Source: the human T2T-CHM13v2.0 reference genome, Homo sapiens. From it: a stretch of 64,000 nucleotides of DNA. The translations under genes were made by a program, and so were the position numbers. Each line of letters opens with the position of its first letter. Position 1 is the stretch's first letter. A model generated the notes under the pieces. That model saw nothing but the letters and a program-made list of their open reading frames with translations, had not been told where the DNA came from and made no database searches. Location: the NCBI RefSeq assembly GCF_009914755.1, contig NC_060927.1, one strand, 5' to 3'. Positions 19,351-44,714 of the stretch are shown here, in pieces.

Positions 19351-22300
19351 TTCTTTTGCTTTTCAATAAAACACTGAATTTGTAATTTTTCAATGATAAA
19401 GCATAAATTTAAAAATCGAAGTAAAACCTGAACCACAATTACAAGTTTTGCTTACAGTAGTTGTACAATGTCTATTATGACCTAATCTAAAAATAAAGTT
19501 CCTATGCTATATCTGTTCTACATTTATCAATTATTTCTTACGTCCTCTCTAGTGATATAAATTTAAATGTAAGATAAATAATAAAGCACAAATTCCTGAT
19601 ATCCCATTCAACAGACTACCTGGCATATTCAAACTAATAATTTAAAGTTAAAATGTTAAGTATTGCATTTTGAAGATTAATATTTCAACCAAGCTTGATC
19701 TAACAGATCTATACAGAATTCTGTATCTAATAGATCTGAAACATCTCTTTAGGCACAAATTTATAAAATTTGTCCATATATGCTATCACCAAGGGGAAGC
19801 AAAAATTTCAGAGAGGAAATATTACACAGATTATGGTCTCTGACTACAATGCAATTAAATTAGGAATCAACTATTTTTTAGAAAGTTAAAAGTCATATAT
19901 TTAGCTATATTATTAAACACTCCATGAATGTGAAATATTTAGAACTAGAATAACAATTAAAAAATAAAATATTCAGAAAGAAATGACAATGAAAATTTTA
20001 AAAAACTTATAAAATCCAGCAGAACTAGTACTTAGGGTATATTTATATTTCTTTTTATTCATTAAGCCATCAATCAATTTAAATACGTAAAAGAACAGTG
20101 AGAACTCAAAGAAATATGAAAAGAAACAAAGAGCATAAATTAATGAAATAGAAAAAAAATCAACAAATTAACAGCCTGGTTGTAAGTGTCCTGCTTGAAG
20201 TCAGCATCTAATAAATAAAGCAGCAGTGCAGTAGAGTGGAAAGAGTATGGACTTTGGCTCCGTCTCAGCTCTGATACTTAGTTGTGTGATCCTGAACAAG
20301 TAACCTAACCTCTTAGAGCCTCCATGTCTTCATCTGAAAAACTGATACACTGAATGTTTCAGAGTTATGTTAAGAGTTTATACGCCCTCCAGTTTATACA
20401 TATTCTGAACACTCCTAACAACAAAAAAGTTCAATTTTAACAAATTTAAGACTATCTCATGACCTGCTGAAATACAGTTATAACAAAAAAACTACTAAGT
20501 CTTTTCCATCAAATGGTTTGAACATGTTACATTTTAGAAACACTCTATATTTCCAAAGCAAATACTATTGCCTACCCAATATCATTTTCCTCTTCTTCCT
20601 TACAAGCTGAAGTGGCAATGTGCCCCCAACTACAAATACTACATCGTCAACCTTCCTCTCAGATGGGCTAACCATATCACAGATAACATAATTCTGGCCA
20701 ATGAAATATAAGCAGACATTGTTGGTGTGGGCTACCAGATTCAACTAGTAGGTGTCCTTTTTCCCCACCCTTTGTGTTTTTTTGTGCCCAGAGCATAGTT
20801 GTGATGGCTAGAGCTGCTTGTCTCCGGGCATCTGCTCCATTTCTGAATTCAGTACTCAATGATGTTATATTTCCTAAGGGCTGGGCTAATGAGGGTCACT
20901 GTGTTATTCACGTAAATAAAATGAAATTAACAGAGTATTACTATTTCAGCACAATATAGTAAGAGGGTACCAATAAAAATAGCCATATTAATGAGCTTCA
21001 CAGAACAAAGTACAATTTTGTTTGGTATTCCTTTGACTCTCCACACCAGAGTACAGCACAAACTGGAATCTCTAAGTATTACCTAAATAATAAATGTTTG
21101 AAATAAAGCCAAAGCGCATGGATTTCTTAAGCAAATTTACCTTAACATCTCTGTGTCTCAATTTCTTCATCTCTAAAATAGTAAGAGTCAGCCACTTAAT
21201 TAAATGAGTCAATACATGTAAAATTACTAAGACACTGCCTAGCACAAGTTAAGCATTCAATGTTAGAGGGGGAAAAAAATCTGTTCATTGATTTCTCATG
21301 ACAAACTAAGGCTTCCTTCTCTAAAATAAATAATACATAATTCCCACATGGTAGAAGTGAAAAATACCATAACATAAACCCAATTTCAAAATAGAAAAAA
21401 AACCTGTTTAATTGTGTTAAAAAAAAAAACTCTTCTAAAATTAACAAGAGTAGGCAATAACTTCATTCATTCATTACTCATCCAGCAAATACTGAACAGT
21501 CACTATGTGCATGGCACTATCTCAGGCAATGAAGACAGCCTAGTAGATGAGAAAGACTGTAATCACCAAACGTTCAAATGTAATTTTAAAGAAATAAAGT
21601 TACATTAAGATAGACATTGTAAAAACAAATGGGATTGTGATAGAGACTTTCTTCATTCAATTAAAAATTAAGTATGCTGTATTGGCTTTGAGTGATACTT
21701 TATAGCATTTTAATTTAAAAATACACATTTCTAAATAGTTTTAAAGTTTTTGTCTTTTTTGACATTGTCTTTAATCTATAAATTATTTGCATTGTATGAC
21801 TTAAACTTTCCAAAGTGTCTAGAAATTAAATAAATTTGGCACAGAAAGGTTCAAGAAGTTGCCATCTTTGGCAGTATGGATGATTCTCAGAGATAAACCA
21901 GTCATGTGCACTGATGCATTATGTTTTATCCAGACTCAACAATTGCACACTTCTTCCTGTCACCAAGCTCTTCTGTTAGTTAAAAAAATAAGTTGGATTT
22001 CTTCTTCCAGCTTCATGAACACATTATGTCAAGCTCAAAAAGTCAATCTTTTGACCTTGCCATCTGCCATGATCTCGTCAGTTTCAGACAATGCAACTCC
22101 CACAGATGGTCTCAAAATGCAAGCCCTTTCCCATTCCAATCACAATTTAGCAGCTCCAGCCACAAAGCCTTTTAAAATTAATCAAAATACAAGGAAGAAA
22201 GCACAAAGTTATGGATAAATTTGTAGAATCAAGCAGTAACATAATTTGAATCAGGATGTGTAGACTTTCTAACACTGCCAAAAAAGCTGCTACTAAAAAT

Positions 22301-22495
22301 TAATAGGAAAGGTAGCATATTTAAATGGCAGATGTTACTAATTTTAAATACATGCTCATGACTCATAATTTAGAAAATACACAAAACAAAAAGCAAGAAA
22401 CAAATATCAGCCATAATCCTACTTGTCAGAAGCAACTACAATAACTTATTGGCATAAATCCTTTCAGTATTCTCTCTGTGCATTCAAACTTTTGA

Positions 22496-22834
<339 letters not shown>

Positions 22835-23337
22835 TAGAAGATATTTTCATAGAAAGGGATAATATGTAACTTTTTCTTACGTGAGCAGCATATCTAGGCA
22901 TTCTCTCAAGTGCTTCACATGTATATCATATCATTCGCACCTCAACTTTATCAGATAAATAGTATTATTTTCATTTTACAGAAGACAAAACAGTTTTAGA
23001 GAGTTCAAGCAATTTTCCCAGTTAACCAACTGTACAAATTACAGTGCCAGAATATGAACTCAGGATCTCACACCAGCAAAAGTGTTCTTAACTACTATAA
23101 TACTTTACAAAATATATCTGACTTGAGATATAATAAATATATTCTCAAGATATTATAACAAAATGATATATAATTATTATTACAATAAATTCAGAGAAAA
23201 TGATAACCTACTATGCTGAAAGAATCCTTTAAAATCTCATATAGGACATATACATATGCCATAGAATTTTTCTCCTTTTCAATTCCGTTTTTTGAAATTT
23301 CAATATTAAATTGAATTTTTATTTTTTGAGTAGGTTG

Positions 23338-23876
<539 letters not shown>

Positions 23877-24029
23877 GTTGTAAATTTCCTCATTCACTTT
23901 TTTCACAGCTACACAGTATTCCTTTACATCGTTATACTGTGATTTATTTGACTAGCCTCTACTGACAGATATTTAGATTTCATAATCTAAACTGGTGACA
24001 GTAATGACATTTTAATGACTCAAATCTTT

Positions 24030-24500
24030 AATGTTGTCTAGGATGCTGATGTGGTATATGCCTACCTCTCCAGCTCTATTAAACTCCTTTCCCACACCTC
24101 TTTTCTGATCCAGTTCCATTGGCTTCTGTAAGTTCAAAACCGTGCTCCTCCTGCCTCAAGGGCCTCTGTACATGCTGTTCCTTCTGTCTGGAACCTTTAC
24201 CTGACAAACTCATCTTCCTTTAGATCCTTTCTCAAGTGTCACTTCCTCCGGGAAAAACATCCGTTTTCTACTACCCAGTCTAGGTAAGGGGTATCAACCT
24301 ATTGCTCTCCTACTTTCTCCTTTAATAGTACACACTGGGTTGCCATTGTCTATTTATTTCTGTGATAATCAGATTGTGGTCTGTCTCTGCCAACTAAAGT
24401 ATAAATTCCTTGAGCACAGGAACCCTGTGCATTTTGTTCACCCTTACATATCAAATGCCTGGCATATGGTTGAAGCTCAAGAAATATTTGTTAAATGAAT
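24030..24500 (+). mobile_element. L2 3' fragment
   Basis: catgctgttccttctgtctggaa...tgcctggcatatgg...gctcaagaaatatttgttaaatgaat. Confidence 0.75.
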
Positions 24501-24634
24501 TATAGACTCAGTATTTTATTTATTTCCATCCTTTAAAAATGTACGAGAATCCCATTCAGTATGACTTGGCAGCAGAAAATGAAAGGCCATGCAGACATTT
24601 AACACATCACACATCTGAAATGTCAGTAAGCTAC

Positions 24635-24930
24635 ATTTTTTTTTTTTTTTTGAGATGGAGTCTCGCTGTCACCCAGGCTAGAGGGCAACGGTGCGATCTC
24701 GGCTCAGTGAAACCTCTGGCCCCTGGGTTCAAGCGATCCTCCTGCCTCAGCCTCCCAAGTAGCTGGGGTTAAAGGCATGCGCCAGCACCCCTGGCTAATT
24801 TTGTATTTTTAGTAGAGATGGTGTTTCACCATGTTGGTCAGGCTGGTCTCAAACTAGCAAACTCAGGTGATCCGCCCGCCTCGGCCTCCCAAAGTGCTGG
24901 GATTACAGGCATGAGCCACTGCACCTGGCC
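24635..24930 (-). mobile_element. Alu (S-like)
   Basis: TSD agctacat. Confidence 0.94.
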
Positions 24931-25189
24931 AGCTACATAGTGTTTTGAATGTCATTTTTCTTTCATGAACAAAAAGCATCCTGGGACCAGCATTTTATTT
25001 GTATTCGTTAATTTTTAAAAAGTTATAATAGAGCACAATTAGTTACATTAATTTTTAGCAGAAAAAAATAGTACGCAAGAATTTTTCTAAAAAAAACACT
25101 TTTATTTACTAAAAGCTGTTCTTCCTAGAACCATTGGCATTTTACACGTTAAACAGAAAAAGAGACTTATTTTTATGTTCACTGCTCCC

Positions 25190-25877
<688 letters not shown>

Positions 25878-25972
25878 TTATCTAAGCACTACTCATTCAT
25901 TTACTTATTGGATAAATACTTATTGATAGCCAGCTACCCGTCAAACACTAAGTATTAAAAATACTGAGCATT

Positions 25973-27384
<1,412 letters not shown>

Positions 27385-28546
27385 TCAGATGAGTGGGAAG
27401 CCTCAGAATGATTTTAAGTAGAGAGCTACAGCATCTGAACCAAAGACAGAACCAAATTCACCAAAGATTAAGTAAAAATTATTTGCATTCTAATTCTTTA
27501 AAAACCAGTAATATTAGCCATATCTTGTAATTCTTCAGTAACTGAAATGCTCACTCATTTCTTGACTATACCAAATAAGTTTCTATTCACTATCTATTTA
27601 TCTAGCAGTCAAACCACCTTAAACCTCTGTAACAAGATTCTCAGCTCAGAAATAAGAAAAACAAAAAAAATTCCCCAGAGCTCAACGCAGCTTTCACAAA
27701 ACCATGTACTAGTTAGTAACTCAAGTCCTTAGGCCTTCCCTCATCTTATACGTTTTATTTAGCATAAACTTCTTAGTATATGTGCTTTGATTTTCAGGCT
27801 AGGAGCCAATTATACTTAGCAGAAAGACGTGGTAATAGGGAGCAAATGGGCTAACACTGTTACAGGTGAACACATTGACAAAGTGATTGACAACAAGCAG
27901 CTTAATACTAAAAGAAAATTGGATACAGAGTGCTATCTCACCAAATAAATTCACTGAGGTAGAATTCTTCTGTCACTCCCTGGCAAATTGATTTTTTTTT
28001 AAATTGAGACAGAGGTCTTGCTATATTGCCCAAGCTGGTCTCAAATTTCTGGCCTTAAGACATCCTCTTGTCTCAGCCTCCTGAGTAGCTGGGACTACAG
28101 GCACGTGCCACCACACCCAGCCAAAACTGGATTGACATGTTCTACAATAACACCTAAAGGCTACTTTCATTTCAAATATATTATGCAATATTAACAGATT
28201 ATCAATATGTATTATTTGTTCTTAATTACTGAAAACAAAAGACTGAGGGCAAAAACTTACTTCTGTCCCTACCCAAAGAAGCAATATTAGATGAGAGCAC
28301 ACAAACTAAGAATAAAATCACATTCTGAGACCCTGCCAAGAACCTAATAGAAACATTCTTTTATCAAGCAGTACAAGTCAAATTTTAAACCATTAATTCA
28401 CTCATGCACAATGACTACATGGATCAGATCACCTGTTACACATATGCTGCTTAGCAAAGTCTCATTTCCAGTTTAACAAAGCTTTAGATTAGCATCACAA
28501 ATGTTAAGACTTATCTTTACTTGAACCATCAAAACAAGCTAGATGA

Positions 28547-28869
<323 letters not shown>

Positions 28870-29184
28870 TGAAATATTATTTGGTATTAATATATGTTTA
28901 TAGACAAACTGTTGTATAATGAACTATATGCAAGCATGAAATGTTCAATCTGAGTCATTAAAATGTGATTACTGTGACCAACAAAAGATTCCAAGATGAC
29001 AAAAATGGGGCATTCAAAAGGAAGCAATTGGAGAAGAAAATAGCACCATTTCTAATGCTTATTTAGAATACGACTGTACTTATACAAATACCTAATCTAT
29101 ATTCAAATGAAAATGAAACAACTGTATAATCAGCGTCATCATGGTATTTAATAAGCAATTCCTCAAAATAACTCTACAGAATAG

Positions 29185-29486
<302 letters not shown>

Positions 29487-30537
29487 TTATCTCCATTTTA
29501 TAGAAGGGAAAATTGAGTCAGCTTAAGTAACTTGCCCAAGGTCACAGAGAAGCAAAATGTATAATGAAGTTTAAATAAATGTTACTATATACATGTTCCA
29601 TCATATCATAAAAAGACATGTCCTAAGCAGTTTTCATTTTAAAGTAATTTAAGGTTTTAAAAAATATAGGATATTTGTGTTATCTGTATGTATAAATGTT
29701 TAAGAATATAAAGTATTAAATAGTTTTAGATGACTAAAAAAAGCCTTATAGAAAAATAAACAATTGCCTTGTTTGCATATGCTCCTCATCCACTTTATTT
29801 TTTTCATGTACCATATATTGAAAATCCCTAACAATCACAACCCCCTATCAGACTCCACAGGATATGATGGAGATCGTGAAATTTTATACTAACTAAAGGT
29901 TAACTGCAAAAGCTGTCATCATTTTTCTCAATTTTCAAGCAGGATACAGGTTTTTTTTTTCTTTTTTTCCTACCTTCTTAAAAACACCTTTGGAAAGGGA
30001 AAGGAAAGTTGAATGATGTATGTGCTCACTACAAAATAATCCAAAGCTATAGAAGAGCACAAAGAAGAAAATAAAAATTACTCTAAATCTTACTATTGAA
30101 AGATAAGAACCTAATGATATTTGTACAGACACTTTCAGGTACATGTATATGCATAGATGTATATTTAAATGTAAAGGTATATATAGGAAAATGTACATAA
30201 GCAAGTCATATACATTATTCTGTTACTGCCAGTTTTCAAGATGTCCTATAAAGCCTTCCATAAAAAAATTCTTTCAATAAAAAAATTATATATGCTCATA
30301 AGAAAAAAAAACTCAACAGTGCAGAAGAAAATACAATACAAAGCAAGTCTTCCTTAATTCCTGCCCCTCCACTTCCACTACAATTCTAACTAGCAGATGA
30401 ATACCATTAACAGAATTCACTGACATTTATATTTGTGTTCTTATATATATTCTTTTAAAAACATTTAAATTATAGATACATGAAAACATTCTGGTTATTA
30501 AAAAGTCCATACAGATAAAGAAAATCTCCGCATCTGA

Positions 30538-30919
<382 letters not shown>

Positions 30920-31365
30920 CATTCCATGCATTTTCATATAAGTACCTGCATGTAGAGAAATACACTTTTGTTGTTTTTAGTCTTTTTAAATTTTAGTCTT
31001 GTTCAATAGTATCATACTATGATGTTGTTTTTTTCATTTAACAATGATAGATTTACTATTGCTGTTAAATGTTACAATAGTGCTACCTTCTTGCAGTAAC
31101 AGAACAGTTTTGTATCTTGATTGTGGTGGTGGCTATACGAATCTATACATCTAATAACATGTCACAGAACTATACACAAAGACACACCAAAAAATGGGCA
31201 CATGCAAAAACTAGTGAAATCCAAGTAGGATCTGTAGTCCAGTCAATTATATTGTACCAATGTCAATTTCCTGATTTGGCCAATGTACTACAATTACATA
31301 AGATGTTACCACTTGGGGGAAGTTGGGCTACGGGTAAATGGGATTTCTCTGTATTCATTTTGCAA

Positions 31366-31962
<597 letters not shown>

Positions 31963-32188
31963 ATGGGTTTTGCACACTATTATAGTTACACCTAGGTATT
32001 TTATTTTTTGGTTTTGAGTTTTTTCTCTGTTTCCTTTTTGCTGTTGTTCCTGTAACTTATGGGGTTCTCCATTATATTTTCCTAGCTGTATGCATATAAG
32101 TTACGTTTTTCTTTTTACTAATTTTATATTCCATTACACAACTTAATTCTTTTACTGCTTAAAGTAATTTTACTGTAAGTTCAGTTGA

Positions 32189-32522
<334 letters not shown>

Positions 32523-32559
32523 CGAAAAAGATTTTTGAACCTTTCCAGGTTTGTAGAAC

Positions 32560-34810
<2,251 letters not shown>

Positions 34811-34896
34811 TGACTGCTGTGGAAAATAGAATGGCAATTCCTACAAAAATTAAATATAGAATTACCATTTGATCAACATAGAAAATATATTAAAGT

Positions 34897-35688
<792 letters not shown>

Positions 35689-37736
35689 CATATCAATGAT
35701 ATAGTGTTACGTTTTCTTAACAGATAAATGCAATTATTCTAACATGAACAAGAAAAACTGAAAGATTCACATCAAGGGATGCAATCATTAGTAATAAGCA
35801 TGAACCCATAAATTAGATAAACATGCCATTTACCAGCCAAGTCATCAGTAAAAAATATTTTATTAGTAATAGAATCAGGTGACTGAAATGTTGTAAGCAA
35901 CTATCCAGCATGTTTGTCAAACTCTCCATATAGCTATTACACAGTATCTTTGCTTATAGCTTTTTCCTAAGATATTTTACTAATAAGATGTAAAGAGAAC
36001 TGAGGTGGAGACCATGGCAGCTGAAGGTGCTGGGAAAACCTTTATAGCTAACTGTAGCAGTAGTACACTTGAAGGGGTTTCTGATGCCTCACCCAAGCAG
36101 CTGCAGTGATGGGAACAACCACTGTTCATAACCCCATGGCACTATTCATTCACTGTGCATATAACCCCTTTTTGGCATCAGAATTCTAAAGCTGCAACGA
36201 CTGCTTTACCAGCAGCTCTGGGGTTATAGCAGACTAATTTATTTGGATTGTAGAACGGAAAATTAAATTCTCCCATGAGCTCATCAGACAGAGCCATCTG
36301 CAGATATTGGGAACTCAATGAAAGAGGCAGCTGCAAGCAGGAGACAGCAATAGTTTATGATGACAGAGAAAAGAACTAGACGTGTGTGTGCCAGCTTTAA
36401 GGTATGGATATTCACCAGGGAGATTTGTGAAAGACTCACATTGAATGAATTTTTAAAAAGTCAGAAGTTTTAACCAGCAACTGAGGGGTGATGGGGACTA
36501 ATGAGAGTCAGGCTATTTATTTATTCAACAAACATTTAGTCAATGCCCATCATGTACCCAGCATTGTGCTCTACCCAAGAGACATAACGGAGTCCCACCC
36601 TTCAAGAAGTTCACAAACAAATGAGCAAGACAAATGCATACAGTATAACATGCTAAAATACTACGACACTAGACAGATATTCGGGGCACTATGGAAGCAC
36701 AAAGGAACAGCTTCTAATTCAGCTAAAGGGTGGGAATCAGGTTCTAACTCGAGTTAAATTAGTAATAGAGATAATTAGTTAAAATTACAGAATTAAGAAC
36801 TATGAGATGAAAATGCCATCAAACTAGAAGAGTTAACACAGAAACCTAAGCACTTTACGGTCAATCCAACTATTGTATTAAACCAGCTAAAGTGGCTTCT
36901 AATTCTTTTGTAAGCAGGTGAGCAAAGAAGAGGTCCTCCCTTGTGCTTCCATAGGCTATACAGATTGACTATACAGTTTAGAAGACTCTTTCAAGGAGTA
37001 GCATATGATTAGGATATGAAGTTTAAAAAAGGCTCACACCTGTAATCCCAGCACTTCTGGGATGCTGAGGCGGACGGAACACCTGAGGTCAGGAGTTCGA
37101 GACCAGCCTGACCAACACAGAGAAACCCTGTCTCTACTAAAAATACGAAGTTAAAAAAAAAAAACTTCATTGTAGACATTTCTGAGGTTCTAGTCTGACC
37201 TAGGCAATCTAAAGAAGGGGAAAGAAAACACCTATCAGTTACAGCCACCTGTCTATTAAGACCTCAGAGAACAAGTTCAACCATGCCAACTTTCCCTCTG
37301 GTTAACGAGAAAACAGTGGAGATCTTCACACACTATGAGGATTCTCTTAAACCCTACTTTGGTAGGAAGTCAGCATAAAGGATCCTTGATCCCAAAGAAC
37401 TAAAAACTCACTGATTTAAATGAAATAAATAAAAGGCATAATAGAATAATACAGACCAGAGTATCTTAAACTCAAGAAAATCCATAACATTATAACCAGG
37501 TCTACAGATACCAGTTTAAATAACAGTGCATCAAAAGTTTACCTGCTCACTTGGGTCCCACATAACGATAAATTCAGTGCAAACTTACACTATCTGTACT
37601 CTACCTACCACCAGAGACGGGGTCCTCACTGCCAACCAGCCAGCAAGAAACCTATCTCTAAAATCCCTATCTCTAAAATTTAGAAACCTATCTCTAAAAT
37701 TTAGTCTGCTACCTAGGATCACTTCCAATACCAACT

Positions 37737-38130
37737 GTGTTAGAATCATTCCTCCAAAACAGATTCTGAGAGGGAGACTATCATGCAGAAAGTTTCCTGG
37801 GAAGTGCTCTGGGGAGATATACCTATAACAAGTGAAGGCAGCAGGATTGGACTTAGGGAAGAAATTGAACCAATGATATTGCAAATGGGGCCTCAGCTGA
37901 TACAACATGGAGCTCCAGAGCCCTTTGGAGTTGTCCCAAATAGAGACAAGTTAGGTTGGATCTTATATCCAAGCAACACACAGTTACTGGCCACAGGGAC
38001 ACCTCTGGGAGGAAGCATAACCTTGGGCAAGACAGTATTCAGGGCCAAGGGCAATTCCCAATAAGGGATGCAGCTGTGAGCCTAAGCAGGTGGAGAATGG
38101 GTATTCTAATATGAAGAGATCTGGGCAGAG
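37737..38130. mobile_element. Old ERVL-type LTR (LTR16-like)
   Basis: tgtgttag...cagattctgagagggagacta...gcagaaagttt...gggaagtgctctgggga resembles an LTR16 terminus. Confidence 0.45.
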
Positions 38131-38264
38131 TATAGTTAAATAGCTATAGTTAAATAGCTATTAAAATTAATTAATTGCAGTAACATGCAACAACATGGAT
38201 AAACCTTATAAATGTAACAGAATTTAAAAACTAACACATTCAGTATGATTACGTTTATATAAAG

Positions 38265-38868
<604 letters not shown>

Positions 38869-39049
38869 CATTTATGTAAAGCTATGGCATGCAAAATGAT
38901 GAAATAATGAAAAGTGATGAATAATTACTTAATAGGATTATATTTTACCAAGAATGTATATGTAATTTTGTCAAATTCCTCTCAAGAATCTATGGATATA
39001 TTTTTCATTATGCATCACTAAAGAAACAATCCCATTAAATAAAAGAAAG

Positions 39050-41200
<2,151 letters not shown>

Positions 41201-41424
41201 TTTAAATTGTATATTTTCCTTCACATAGAAACAATATTTGTTTTCTTAATGCAAGCAGAAATAACCTAAAGTAACAGACATATTTTAAGATATTTTAGAT
41301 AGAACCCTTTCTTAGGGGGCTTGAAAAGACTTTGTTATATTGTAATCAAATCCTATGTCAAAAAAAGTATGTTTCTTCAATAGTATAGAGAACAACTAAA
41401 CAACACCAAATCCACTAAATCTGA

Positions 41425-43520
<2,096 letters not shown>

Positions 43521-44714
43521 AAATGCCCCTTCTGCATCCCAGCAAGAAACAAATGGTTTACCTTTTAAGGACATAGAAACTAGGTACACAAAAGGGTTGT
43601 GTATTATATCATCTCACAAAAAGATTAAATGAAGATTTACATGCTGTACAGTGGACCTCAGGCCTCTTCCCCAAACCAGCTTCCAGAACGCAAAACAATC
43701 GGCCTGGGACTAGGAGATCCCTCTGCGAGGGAAAGTGATCCAAGAGAAAAGACCTGCAAGCACTCAATCACCCTGTGTAAGGCTTACACTTAACAACTCC
43801 CATGGACAAAGAGTTTTTACTCAGCTTTTTATTGATTCGGTCTTTAATCTGAACAGATGGCCAAAGTTTACTAAACAACTGAGGAAAATCTCTAACATGA
43901 AATAAAGAGGCCAAGATAACAAAACAGGAGACACCAAATTAACAGACAAAATAGAAAGAAAGAAAGAAAAAAGAGAAGGAAGGAAAAAAGAAAGAGAGGG
44001 AGGGAGGGGAAGTAGAACAGAAGCAGGGGATTTGGGGAGGAGAAAGAAGCAAAGGAAGGGTAGGAATTCTCCCACAAAGTAAAACAAAGAAATTTTTTTT
44101 TAAAGTAGAAAAGCTTGAGAAGAGTTCTTCCATCCAGGAGGTCCAACTACATGGAATTCCAAAGGAAAAAGAGGAGAAAAGGGAAATAAATTAATTATAA
44201 AAAAGAAATGCAACTTTCTTTTTTTTTGGCAACACAGTAACTAATATGAAAATGTCATCTTAATAAAACATCTAGAAATGCTGGATAAATTAGTCTGTCA
44301 AATGCTGAGCTCACAAAAGAGTAAAGCTTTCAGCAACCCTGGAGGAACCTGTCAATATGAGTAACTAAGATTTTTGGCTTTTAATGCCCTTAAAGTAGAC
44401 AAGGCCTCAGAAACCTTGTCTGCATGAAGCGCAGAGCTGGTATTGAGGGTTTCACCATTTTTTACACATTCTCAGTGCAAGAATGGACAGGGGAGGCTGG
44501 TTAAAAAAAAAAATCAACCAACAGCAAAGGAATAACAAGAAAATGTCTCTGCCTAGCTACAGACTCTAGAAACTGGGGGTTGCTGGAGGAAGTAACAGCT
44601 AAAAATCCTCAGATTCAGAAATGACAATGACTCCCAATTAAAGAAAAAACAAAAATAACTTTCCTAGACACAGCAAAACATTACAAATAAAGAGATCTTA
44701 AAAAAAGGTGGAGA

